From Candidatus Krumholzibacteriia bacterium (lineage in GTDB: Bacteria > Krumholzibacteriota > Krumholzibacteriia > Krumholzibacteriales > Krumholzibacteriaceae), in assembly GCA_963836185.1 (NCBI GenBank), contig CAWIIQ010000001.1, forward strand, positions 736,001 to 800,000: a DNA stretch of 64,000 bases. Reading direction: 5' to 3'. Both the position numbers and the translations under genes were made by a program. The notes beneath the pieces were generated by a model that saw only the letters and a program-made list of their open reading frames with translations, did not search any database and was not told the DNA's origin. Positions 34,196-44,451 of this stretch are shown piece by piece (within the stretch, counting starts at the first letter, position 1; each line of letters begins with the position of its first letter).

Positions 34196-34839
34196 GTCGT
34201 TCTCCATATTTCTGCCGCTGATTGCGCTGCTGCTCGTATCGGTATGGCCCTCTGATGCCATGTCCCAGATACGCCTCGGTGTCACGGGCGGGCTGGCGAG
34301 ATACAGCTTTTCCGGCGACAAGCCTGACAAGTCGGAATACACGTCCCAGAACAGGGCGACCTTCGGCGGGGTCATAGAGATCGATGTGTATGACGGAGTA
34401 AGACTGAGCATCCAGCCCTCTGTCATCCAGAAGGGAACGGGGATAGCCTACGAGGTAAAGGGTGAGAAGGAGAGGGTCGACAGCGTTTCAGTGAACACCG
34501 ACTATTTTTCATTACCGGTCCTGGTGAAGGTGTTTACACCCAAAGAGCGCTGGTTCGTCTCGAGCGGCCTGGAATTCGCGTGGCTCCTCAATGCGAAGCA
34601 TGTTACATCGATCGGCGGAGACAGATGTTTTTGATCTATTCGATGAATTCGATCTCGCTATTCATTTTGGTATCGGCTGGACCAGGCCGGTCGGGCGCCA
34701 TGAGATCTTTATTGAGGGCAGATATACCCAGAGCATCCTGAACGTGGCCTCGGACAGTGATCCGGAAAGTGAGTTTTACGGTCTCCGGCTCAAGAACAGC
34801 GGGATGCTGTTTGTGGCCGGATTCCTGTTTCAGCTATAG
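34176..34839 (+). CDS. Outer-membrane beta-barrel (porin-family) protein (frameshift near 34610; start approximate)
   Basis: Signal-like segment, 'LSIQPSVIQKG', 'YFSLPVLVK', 'IEGRY', aromatic C-terminus. Confidence 0.7.
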
Positions 34840-34847
34840 GAGAACTG

Positions 34848-35809
34848 TTGAAGAAACGGCTGGCATTCACCTTGTCGATCCTGCTTCTGCGGGCGGGCCT
34901 TATCTGGGCCGGTCCGGCTGAGGAGGGTGCGATTCCAGGGGATATCACTGCCCCCAGGGTAGGGGATACGAGGGTAGTATCGACCACCTTTCTGGCCGAT
35001 CCATTCGTGAATACACAATCAAGCCTGGCGCTCGGATACGGAAAATCCTCTGATATAGTAACGCCCCTTATCGAGATCAACGGGGAGCCAGTAGTGGGGC
35101 TTGAGGGCGAACTGATTTACGCGACTCCTTATGTTCCAGTACAGGTATGCGGTAAGGGACTGGGTGGCCGTCTGGGCGCAGCTAAATATAGCGGCACGAC
35201 TGGGAAACGAGCTTCAGTCCATGCTGGCCCAGGGCCTGAACGCAGCCACCGGTTTCGAGCTGGGGTGGCTCTTCCGCCTTTATGAAAATGAGAAGACATC
35301 TTCTCTCTACCGGGATATCGGTAAGAGACGGTGATGCGACAGTCATCGATGTCGCTCGGCTGGGCGGAAGGTGTCGTAGAAGGAGAGGATGTAGAACTCG
35401 TCAGGAAATCCCCGACCCTGGGGACTGTCGGAGATCTTCGTTATATCTATGCCGCAAATGATTTTACGGCACTTCAGTTCCTTGGCCAGCTGGCATACAG
35501 TGAGGCTGTTGAAAGATACGCGGGGAATGAGTTTTATTACGGGCTGGGCGGACTGGTGAGTCTCGATCTCAATAAGAGAACGGGCCATCCTGTCGGTCTG
35601 GCACTCGGATATAAATATACGACGATACCTGAAGGCGGGGACGATATCGTCGATAGACACCCAGGCAGCCCTTATAGGTATTTCCTATACAGGGAAGGCC
35701 TGATTTCAGTATTGGCCTCGACCTGGAATTCCAGAGGGTTCCGATCAAGGGAATTGAAGAACCCGCCCAATTCTTCACCGCGGTCATATCGATGCGGTAT
35801 TTCTTCTAG
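34848..35809 (+). CDS. Putative outer-membrane beta-barrel protein (several frameshifts)
   Basis: Signal peptide, alternating-pattern strands across ORFs 34848, 35131 and 35331; ends 'MRYFF'. Confidence 0.55.
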
Positions 35810-36860
35810 AACGGCATCGGCCCGACATTCTTCGCGGCCTTCTTCGCCAGCCCAAGCACATCTATCTTCGCCGGATCGGTTACGCCCGAGGCGAGCCGCT
35901 GGTGGGATCTTGACCAGGCCATCATCGTGACCTGCGACTTGCGGAGCGCGGCCTTGTACACCTTTGTAAGGTCCTCCAGCTCACTCTGCTGTTTCCAGTA
36001 AAGCTCCAGGTCGGGCATCATCTGAGCCCTGAATTCCTGCAGGGTCTCCATCATGTATATGAGTCTGTTCTCTATGGCGATGAGGTCTTTTGCGGTAGGA
36101 TTTTCTGGATTACTGACAACTTCATACAGGGAAGGCTGCAGGGCGAGGAGTGAATCGAATGCGTCGGGATCGCCTCTCCTGTGTTTTCGCGATATATCCT
36201 ACGCTCGCTATGGCATTCAACTGGGCCTCGCGCACCATCTCGATACCATTTATCAGGGTCTACGTTATTTTCATCCAGTGCATCACCAATCGAGTAGTAT
36301 GCCGCATCCACAGCGAGGTTAGCGTCGTCGAGGATCTCGCTGATTATACGCGCGATCTCGTTGACTATCGGCTGTGTCATCGAGAGTGCATCGAGCAGTT
36401 TTGTCTGCTCGCGCGTGTTTTGCAGCATCGTATCGAATTCGCCTATCGTGAAGTGCAGGGGCGGCACCGGTGCGGTAATAGCGGGGCGCAGCAGTTCGTC
36501 TAGATAGTCCGCCAGCGCTTCGCACTGCTCGGGACCGGTAAGGGTCGAACTCGACAGCGTGACGATCTCTATCGAGTAGGCTATCGATCCGCGCATGACG
36601 GCCCTTATCTTGTTCAGGTAGACTTCAAGTTCTGCGGTCTCCGGAATGTCTATGTAGTTGCGAAGGTAGACTACCTTCTCCTGCGCGAGGCCGTACTGGA
36701 TGTCACCCGCCATCTCTATCATGTTCTCGGCGAACGGGGTAAGATCCATCCTCTTGTGGCTTTTAAAGTTGGCGCAGCCGGGTGCGAGGATTGCGGCTGA
36801 AAACAGCAGAATAAGCAGTAATGCGCTCCATCTCGAAAAAGATCTCACAACAGTCTCCAT
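35806..36860 (-). CDS. Hypothetical helical lipoprotein (frameshifted)
   Basis: Lipobox 'LAPGC'; ORFs 36072..36860 and 35806..36054 join. Confidence 0.6.
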
Positions 36861-36864
36861 TCTT

Positions 36865-37452
36865 TTAGAATCCGGCTGCTACACCGATACTTATCCAGGG
36901 ATCCCAGTCCCCGTAAGGTGAACCGTCGTCCTGCAGTACGTCGAACAGCACCTCGACGAAGAAAGAGGCTTTCTTCGAGATCGGCTGTACGTAACCACCT
37001 CCGAGGAGGAGGAAGGGGACCCAATCCCTTTCATCAGGGTACTCGTAACTCATGTAAGCATATTCGCCGTGCAGGTAGAACCTGGGATGCGGGCGAAGAC
37101 GCGCGAACAGGCTTCCTCCGTAATTATTCGCCGTATATTCCTCCGCATACCGCTTGTCCTCGATATATTCATATATGAATCTGCCCCCGACCGACCACAT
37201 CTTCGAGAGCCTGTATCCTACAAGAGGAGATATGCTGATACGTGTGTAGTCCCCGAATGTGAAGCCGAGGGTGCCTCCGTAGTAGAACCTGCTCGGTCCG
37301 GAGCTGGACTTCGCTGGTGGAGGGGATTCCGGAGCCTGGTATACGACAGGCTCGGGCTCCTGTGTCTCAGCCGAAGTGCTGTCAGGCTGCTGCGCCAGAA
37401 CAGAGCCGGATAACACCACAAGGGCAATAAGGACTGTGATAAATACACGCAT
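36865..37452 (-). CDS. Secreted outer-membrane beta-barrel protein
   Basis: Signal peptide, amphipathic strands, C-terminal 'IGVAAGF'. Confidence 0.7.
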   Translation of the reverse strand: MRVFITVLIALVVLSGSVLAQQPDSTSAETQEPEPVVYQAPESPPPAKSSSGPSRFYYGGTLGFTFGDYTRISISPLVGYRLSKMWSVGGRFIYEYIEDKRYAEEYTANNYGGSLFARLRPHPRFYLHGEYAYMSYEYPDERDWVPFLLLGGGYVQPISKKASFFVEVLFDVLQDDGSPYGDWDPWISIGVAAGF

Positions 37453-37595
37453 ACAACCGGCCTCCTGTAACAGGATTGATTCGAAACGATTATTACGCCG
37501 GTTCCGGTATCGGTCAACATAAATGTATGTTGAATATTCATGTGCGATAGATTGTACTGTCTGTGATGGAAGGTTTTAAAAGGAGGGAACGGAAG

Positions 37596-38198
37596 ATGGA
37601 GACACTGCATATCAAACCGTCGGCCAGTTACCTGAGAAAACTGTGGGTCACCTACACGATAATCGCACTGGCGACGGTGCTGGTCGGGTATCTTTTCGGC
37701 CTGCTCGTCGGAATCGATGAGGGAGCGCACGTGACGATCGCCATCACGATATATACGGCGATCTTTACGGCCCTTTTCTGGATAACAGCAGTTATCCTGT
37801 CTGTATTCTATTACAGGAGCCTCAGTTACGAAATCCAGGATGATGAGATCATCGTGCGGGTCGGCATCGCCACCAAGTCGGTCAAGCATGTGCCGTACAG
37901 AACCGTCACTAATATCTCGATAAAGAGGGGTATCCTCGACCGGTTCATGTTCGACATAGGAACGCTTGCCGTCCAGACGGCGGGTATGAGCGGGACATCG
38001 GGCGCCGAGCAGAGCCTCGTCGGCCTGGATGATGTGCAGAGCATCTACGACGATGTCGTCGGCAAGCTGCGGGAGTTCAGGGGCGCGATGTCGCCGACAG
38101 GGGCGGAAGAGGATCCAGACGGGGGATCACCCCATGGCGACTTGACGGCCTCGATGCTCGAAGAGCTGAGGGCTATCCGTAAAGCTGTCGAGAAGTAG
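37596..38198 (+). CDS. Membrane protein with a bacterial PH domain (bPH_2, YdbS-like)
   Basis: Two TM helices, then 'YEIQDDEIIVRVG....VPY..V.NI...RG..DR...IGTL.VQTAG'. RBS AGGAGG. Confidence 0.8.
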   Translation: METLHIKPSASYLRKLWVTYTIIALATVLVGYLFGLLVGIDEGAHVTIAITIYTAIFTALFWITAVILSVFYYRSLSYEIQDDEIIVRVGIATKSVKHVPYRTVTNISIKRGILDRFMFDIGTLAVQTAGMSGTSGAEQSLVGLDDVQSIYDDVVGKLREFRGAMSPTGAEEDPDGGSPHGDLTASMLEELRAIRKAVEK

Positions 38199-38656
38199 GA
38201 TCACCTGCGCTTAAGTTTCTTGTAGAGCTTTTTCGCTTCCTTGCAGGCGGCTTTCGCTTCTTTCCGTCGCTGCGAGGTCCAGCGTGCCGATAAGGTTTGT
38301 CTTTCCGACCTGGTAGAGTGTGTAGAAATAATCGGGATTCTCGTTCCATGCCCTCTTGAAATTTTTATGAGTTCCTTTTCCGCATCGCTCCACCATCCAT
38401 CGTCTATCATTTTCTCGATCTCTTCCAGGCCGGACCCGCCGGGTGGAACGACGAATGTCCACACGAAATATATCCTTTTTCTGTTTCAGGCTAAATGATA
38501 GCATTTCATTTGATATATATGGCGTTATCAGGTGGTGGGGCCGGCGATCGGCCTGAGTATCGGTATATTCCAGAAATATGGAACATCAAGAACGGATGTA
38601 ACTTAATAGTGATATAGATCGACGATATATTTATATTATGACGTGGTACAGTTATA

Positions 38657-39563
38657 GTGTTTTCACGAGGTCGACAAGCTGTTCAAGACACGCGTACAAC
38701 GGATCGCAATCTTTGCTTCGGTGCTCCTGCATCTGCTGCTGCTCCTGATATGGCGTCCCATGTCCCAGATAGACCTTTTCCCGGACAAGAGCGATCCCGA
38801 GACAGAGTCGACCCCGCTCATCTTTGAGCTGGTGGAGACACCTGACGACGCGATCCGGCAGGAGCCGGAGGAGGCGCATCTCGTCTCGGACAAGAACGCC
38901 CTCGCCAGAGATGAGCACGAAGGCGACCTGGAGGAGGGGGAGTCGTACAGTGACGGCGAGGTGCCGCACCGGGTCTTCGCCGGCGATCCCGATGCCGGAG
39001 GGGCCCAGACGGCTCAGTCGGAGAACCAGGAGGATCAGCAGCAGGATGACGCCGAGTCCGAACCCTGGGACCCGATACTGGACTGGGCAGGTTCGTATTT
39101 CGATTCACATCGCAAAAGCGCCCAGGACACGAAGGACGGCGAATCCTCGATGCTCCAGCCGCAGGTAGGGCCGCCTTCGCCTCAACGCCGGTTCACCGAC
39201 GATCTCGACTATAAGCAGAGGCTGACAGGGGCAGACAACAAGGGGAGCATATCGCTCAACACCTACGAGTGGGATTATGCCTCGTATATACTTCATATGA
39301 AGAGGAAGCTGAAATCGAACATCTTTCCGCCGGCGATATTCACCTACATGGGCGGTATCAGCGGAGAGACTACCCTGTATTTCAGGGTGTGGCCCGACGG
39401 GCGTGTGACCGATCTGAGCGTCATCGAGTTTAATGGGCACAGGACACTGATGGAGACGAGCGTGACGGCGGTGGAGAAATCAGATCCGTTCCGTCCGCTG
39501 CCTGATAATTTTCCCGAAGAATACCTTGAATTGAGATGGACATTTTTCTACTACACGCGATGA
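38657..39563 (+). CDS. TonB/TolA family energy transducer (start approximate)
   Basis: 'SVLLHLLLL' TM motif; C-terminal domain 'F.VWPDGRV...AVEKSDPFRPLP..FP'; upstream of exbB/exbD. Confidence 0.8.
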
Positions 39564-39584
39564 CTCAGGGAGGAGAACGGACGA

Positions 39585-40229
39585 ATGACAGAGATCTTTG
39601 CTGAACTGCAAAAGGGGGGTATAACGATGATACCCCTGCTGCTCGGTTCGATAATCACACTCGCGATCGTCATAGAGAGAGCGATCAGCCTGAGGCCGAA
39701 GAAGATAATCATACCCGAGATCGTCACGGCGGTTGAAAGGATCAGGTGTCACGAGGATGTCAGGGTCGCCGAAAGCATCTGCGAGACTCATCCTGGCACA
39801 TTCGCCAACGTCATGCTCCCGGCCCTTCGCAACAAGGACCTCAACCGGGAAGAGTTGAAGGAATTCATCCTCGACCAGGGACGGCAGGAGGTAAGGAGCC
39901 TGGAGAGGGGGCTCGTGGGGCTGGAAACGATAGCCGGCGTAGCTCCGCTGCTCGGGCTGATGGGTACCGTCATCGGTATGATCAAGGTCTTCAACGTTAT
40001 CTCCCAGCAGGGACTGGGGCAGGCGAACGTTCTCTCCCAGGGGATCTCAGAGGCGCTGATAACGACCGTGACGGGGCTGGCGATCGGCATACCCGCTCTT
40101 ATCGCTTACAATTACTTCACGAGCAAGGCCGAGGGTGTCGTGATGGACATTGAAAAATATACCGCCTCGCTGCTTCACAGGATCCGTCTTATGACAGAGT
40201 GCCGGGAGGAGACGGAAAGTGGAGTTTAA
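39585..40229 (+). CDS. exbB: MotA/TolQ/ExbB proton channel protein
   Basis: 'TIAGVAPLLGLMGTVIGMI', 'GISEALITTVTGLAIGIPA'. Confidence 0.9.
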   Translation: MTEIFAELQKGGITMIPLLLGSIITLAIVIERAISLRPKKIIIPEIVTAVERIRCHEDVRVAESICETHPGTFANVMLPALRNKDLNREELKEFILDQGRQEVRSLERGLVGLETIAGVAPLLGLMGTVIGMIKVFNVISQQGLGQANVLSQGISEALITTVTGLAIGIPALIAYNYFTSKAEGVVMDIEKYTASLLHRIRLMTECREETESGV

Positions 40230-40623
40230 TCCGAAGAAGAAGCGCCGGGTCCTTATCAATATCACATCGCTCATCGATGTGATGTTCCTGCTGCTGATCT
40301 TCTTTATGGTAACATCGACCTTCCTCGATCAGCCGGGCATGAAACTCGAGCTTCCGTCGGCGGAGAGCGCCGAGGTGGCGAGGGTGGAAAAACTCGTACT
40401 CTACATCAGCTCCGACGATGAGGTCGTTTTCAACGACCAGCCTGTCGCGCTCGATGACCTGGAGGAGACGATGCTCGCCGCGCTGTCCGACATCGAGGAC
40501 AGGACGCTCGTGCTCAACGCCGACAAGTCGGTTCAGCACGGGACCGTTATAAGGGTGATGGATATCGCGAAGAAGCTCGGCCTCGAGAGGCTCGTCATCG
40601 GGATCAAGATGAAAGAGGAATGA
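40219..40623 (+). CDS. exbD: ExbD/TolR biopolymer transport protein
   Basis: 'INITSLIDVMFLLLIFFMVT', 'LNAD.SV.HG.VI.VMD'. Confidence 0.9.
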   Translation: MEFNPKKKRRVLINITSLIDVMFLLLIFFMVTSTFLDQPGMKLELPSAESAEVARVEKLVLYISSDDEVVFNDQPVALDDLEETMLAALSDIEDRTLVLNADKSVQHGTVIRVMDIAKKLGLERLVIGIKMKEE

Positions 40624-40632
40624 CAGCCCCCT

Positions 40633-41295
40633 CTAGAAGGCGTACCCGAGTGTGAAGGAGAGGCCGTAATTCGTGAAGTCATCCGCCTCGATCGTCTCGG
40701 TCTCGCCGTTTATCTCGAAATCCCCGCTCAGGATCACTTTGGTGAAGTTCCAGGTCAATCTCGCGTCGATGATCAGGGTGCCCCCGCCTGTATCGTAGTC
40801 GAATCCACCGCCGAGAACGATACCGAAATCGGTCGTGTGCGTGAGAGACGAGAAATCGATATCAGCCGAGAATATCCAGGTAGAGAGAGTAAGCTCGGAG
40901 CTCGAGCAGTATGCGAAAGTGGGGCCGGCGAAAAGTGTCGGCCTGAACTTCTTTCCTGCGGAAAAGGCGTATTTCGCGAGGATGGGCAGCTCGAAATAGT
41001 CCAGGCTGAGGACGAGCTCGACGACATCGTCGACGAGCGAGCCCCCGAATCCCTTCTGCGTGAAGAGGAGCTCGGGCTGCAGGCTGAAGTTGTCGCTCAG
41101 GGCATGATTGACGAAGACTCCGCCGGTGAATCCGCTATTCCATTCGATCGATTCGTCCCAGTCCTCGGGCACATTGGAGGCGTTTGACATGTTGAGCCCC
41201 GCCTTGATACCGAATGAGGTCCTGCCGGCATAGGCGGAAGACCCTGCAATCGCGATCAGTGTAATTATGACGATAAGTGTCCGGATCGATCTCAT
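40633..41295 (-). CDS. Outer-membrane beta-barrel (porin family) protein
   Basis: 'FGIKAGLN', 'SLQPELLF.QKG', 'YFELPIL.KY', C-terminal 'LGYAF'. ATG at 41295 after AAAGGAG. Confidence 0.8.
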   Translation of the reverse strand: MRSIRTLIVIITLIAIAGSSAYAGRTSFGIKAGLNMSNASNVPEDWDESIEWNSGFTGGVFVNHALSDNFSLQPELLFTQKGFGGSLVDDVVELVLSLDYFELPILAKYAFSAGKKFRPTLFAGPTFAYCSSSELTLSTWIFSADIDFSSLTHTTDFGIVLGGGFDYDTGGGTLIIDARLTWNFTKVILSGDFEINGETETIEADDFTNYGLSFTLGYAF

Positions 41296-41312
41296 GATAA
41301 TCTCCTTTGTCC

Positions 41313-42026
41313 TCAGAACCTGTACCCGGCTCCGCAAGTGAGAGACAGAGTATTCAGGTTCCCGATACCGAACAGTCCGTTGTCGCATATGATGCCGTCT
41401 ATGCCCGGTGGAAGCAGTGAGAATTCCATCTCCCCGAAGTTGATGTCCTTGGCGGTCCCGCCTATAAACCACCTCTCCGAGAGGTAGTAGTCAAAGCCGA
41501 GGTTGAGCCCCAGCGCGAAATCCTTGCTCACATCGATGTCCGTTCCCGTACCCGTGGCGATGATGCCTAGAGTGACCATCGCTCCGAGATAGAGATCGGC
41601 GTTCGAGTCTTTCAGGAAGTGGTAGTTGAATCCGAGGGTCGGCAGGATGAAATTGGGCACCCCTTCGATCGTGAGGTCCTCAGCCTCGAAGCTGAGGTCA
41701 ACGAACTGCCTCCACCAGTTGAACGCCAGCTCTATGCCGTACCTGCGCGCCAGCACATATTCGAAGCTTCCGAGGATACCTCCGGAGGTGTTTACATTGA
41801 CAGAAGCAGAGAAGTTGAGAAAGTCGAAGAATCCTTCGCCGCAGTCGTTGTAGACCTCGGCGTGATCGTTGCCGGTCGGGAGGGTCATCAGTCCCTGCAC
41901 CCTCAGGATCCCCCAGTGGGTACGGCCCTCAATTGCCGGCTGGGCGGAAGACGGCGCGGATAGCAGGATCACGCAGATAGCTGAAATCAGCGAAATCGAG
42001 ATCACTCTGGAGACGGCTAATCTCAT
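41313..42026 (-). CDS. OmpW-like outer-membrane beta-barrel protein
   Basis: Signal peptide, 'PTLGFNYHF', 'LGFDYYL', C-terminal 'GAGYRF'. ATG at 42026 after AAGGAGG. Confidence 0.7.
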   Translation of the reverse strand: MRLAVSRVISISLISAICVILLSAPSSAQPAIEGRTHWGILRVQGLMTLPTGNDHAEVYNDCGEGFFDFLNFSASVNVNTSGGILGSFEYVLARRYGIELAFNWWRQFVDLSFEAEDLTIEGVPNFILPTLGFNYHFLKDSNADLYLGAMVTLGIIATGTGTDIDVSKDFALGLNLGFDYYLSERWFIGGTAKDINFGEMEFSLLPPGIDGIICDNGLFGIGNLNTLSLTCGAGYRF

Positions 42027-42154
42027 GGTTGCCCCTCCTTGAGCCCGCATTATCCCGATAGATCGGGCGGATACTGTCAATATCTGGGTGATACAGTAAA
42101 TGTAAGGCGCATTCAGGTCAACCTGAATCGACATGGATAAAATATCACGGGGGC

Positions 42155-42182
42155 TTGACATCGGCGAAAAGCGGGATAGAAT
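42155..42182 (+). promoter_or_regulatory. sigma70 promoter with no downstream CDS on this strand
   Basis: TTGACA(42155-42160)-16 bp-TAGAAT(42177-42182). Confidence 0.7.
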
Positions 42183-42188
42183 CTTATT

Positions 42189-42343
42189 GGATCGAGAAAT
42201 TATTCCGGGAGAATGAAAGTAGCAGTGCCGCCCCGGAGGTGAGGCGGCGCCAAGTCCGGGCTTCCGGAATGTCTCGCTCCTGTACTCTCATATCTCTGAA
42301 ACGCCGCGGATTCGTAGTACCTCATGCGAACCCGTGGCGTTTT
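42189..42343 (+). ncRNA. Putative structured small RNA (short 6S-like rod with central bubble, then terminator hairpin)
   Basis: Begins at the expected +1 of the promoter. 42189-42211 pairs with 42261-42280; there is a 13/10-nt bubble and an apical stem 42225-42250. It ends at the hairpin 42299-42343. Confidence 0.6.
42299..42343. terminator. Terminator hairpin (probably bidirectional)
   Basis: AAACGCCGCGGATTCG...CGAACCCGTGGCGTTTT, between the sRNA and the convergent glycosyltransferase stop. Confidence 0.7.
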
Positions 42344-42344
42344 A

Positions 42345-43569
42345 TCAGGCGTGGTCTTTTTTCGAGGCAAGCTGCTCGAGGATCTCGAGCTCCCTGGCCG
42401 TCCGTTCTTCCCATGACATGAAATTGTCTGAGGCATAAGCGGCGGCTCCCCTGCCTAGATTCTCCCTCAACCCGGGATCGAGCACGAGCCTGTCGAGGGC
42501 CGCGGCCATCGCTTCCGTGTCGCCATTATCTATAAGCAGTCCCGTTTCTCCATCGCGGACCGCCTCTGACGTTCCCGCCACGTCGAATGCGGCGACGGGC
42601 AGCCCGCAGAGCATCGCCTCGCAGGGCGGCATCGACATGTTGGTCAGCTCGCTCGTGGCGGCGAAAATATCGCATGATTTCAGGATCCGCGGCATCGAAT
42701 CGTAGGAGAGGGCGCCGGTGAAATATGTCATCCCGCCGATTCCGAGCTCGCGGGACATCTCCTCGAGTGCCGGCTTGTCCTTTCCGTCTCCAGTGATGAC
42801 GAGCGCCGCCCTGTTCTCTTGCCTCATCGCTCATCTTCGAGACCGCTTCTATCAGCAGGTCGACCCGCTTGAGCTTTATGAGGCGCGATACAGTGACGAT
42901 CAGGGTCTTGTCGGCCGGCAGGCCGAGACCGGTCCGCTCGGCCGCGACATCGATCTCGATCCCCGCCCATTCCATGTTCATCCCGTTGGGCAGGAACTCG
43001 ATCTTTTCGGCGGGTATGCCCCTGGCCGCGAGCGCGCGGTCGCCCATGGTGCCGTCGTTGAGCACGATATATTTATCGAGAGGATGCCTGAGCGCCCTGG
43101 TCCTGGTCGAAGTTGAGCCACCAGCGCCTCGGTCCGGAAAGGCCCTCACCTGCGAGGTACATCACGCCGAACAGCTTGACCGCCGTCGGGTATTCCCTTC
43201 TGCCTGCCTGATCCTGCTGAGCGGCTCGATCGCGTAGTGGGAGAAGCCCAGCATGACGTCCGGTTCGATCTGCTCGACGAGGCGGCGAAGGTCGCCGTAG
43301 ACCGAGCAGGTGTAGATATACGGGATCGCCAGCCTTCTCAGGGGCGAGGGGAGTACGCGCGCCTTGTGAAATACGTTGCCGTATGTATGGAAGTGAACAC
43401 CTTCATCGCCGCGCCGTACGCTGCCGTCTGCCGGTTCGGGGATGAGAAAGTGCAGCTCTACGCCGGCGTCCCTGAACCTGCGGATGAAATGCCTCTCGTC
43501 GGGCACGCCGCTTCCCTCGCCGAGCGACCATGGATCGTCCCATATGGAGAGTATCAGGAGTTTCTTCAA
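42345..43569 (-). CDS. Glycosyltransferase family 4 (frameshifted)
   Basis: 'FLPNGMN', 'VSRL.K.KRVD.LI.A', 'EAMLCGLPVAAFDVAGTSEAV.DGETG'. Confidence 0.85.
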
Positions 43570-43580
43570 GGCTGCCCAAG

Positions 43581-44451
43581 TCAGTCTTCCTCCAGTATCC
43601 TTACCCTGTTCTTCAACCTGCCGATACGTTCGATCTCTATCTCGACGACATCGCCGTCCTTGAGGAAAAGGGGAGGATCGCGGTAGACGCCGACTCCTTC
43701 AGGTGTGCCGGTGGCGATGATGTCGCCGGGCATCAGCGTCATTCCCGCCGAGATGAACGAGATGATCCTTTCGATGCCGAAGATCATGTCCGCCGTCGTG
43801 CTCTGCTGCATGATCTCGCCGTTGAGGCGTTGTGTTATCGCGAGGCCCTCGTGCTCGTCCGACACTGCCGGGCGTCACGAGCCACGGTCCGCATGGCGCG
43901 AAGGTGTCGAATCCTTTTCCGCGGAACCACTGCCTGTCCTCACGCTGGATCTTCCTCGCGCTCACATCGTTGAATACCATGAATCCCGCTATATACCCTG
44001 CCGCGTTCCGTTCCTCTATCATCGTGCCTTCCCGGCCGATGACCACGGCAAGTTCAGCTTCGGCGTCGACATTCTCGACGCCCGGCCTTATGACGATATC
44101 ATCGTAAGGCCCGCTCAGAGCGGTCACTGCTTTTGCGAAGAGCATGGGATGTTCGGGAGGTTTGCGGCCCTGTTCAAGCGCGTGCCGTGCGTAGTTGAGG
44201 CCGAGGCAGATGATCTTGCCCGGCATCAGGACGGGAGGGTAGAGCTCGAGCGCGCCAGCGGGAAGAAAGTGATCCCTGTCGAGCTCGGAGGCATTGTCCA
44301 CGAGATTTTTAACATGGGGGATGAGCCCGCGGCGGAGTATCTCGTCGATAGACGGGGGCAGCATAGGATCGGCCGCGTTGATATCGAGGACGCGGTCGCC
44401 TATCAGCGCTCCGGCCCGCGGCCCGTCTTTCCTGAAGGTGACGAGTTTCAC
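43581..44451 (-). CDS. Fumarylacetoacetate hydrolase family protein (frameshift near 43860)
   Basis: 'KIICLGLNY..H', 'D.EAELAVVIG', 'NDVSAR', 'GKGFDTF.P.GP', 'PGDIIATGTP.GVG'. Confidence 0.92.

Noticed and set aside
38201-38510. Small minus-strand hypothetical gene
   Set aside because: Two short overlapping frames with no recognisable motif; possibly real, but I cannot support a call.
42213-42242. Mini-ORF MKVAVPPRR inside the candidate sRNA
   Set aside because: The GGGAG is only 1 nt from the ATG and is buried in a stem; the RNA fold explains the sequence better.
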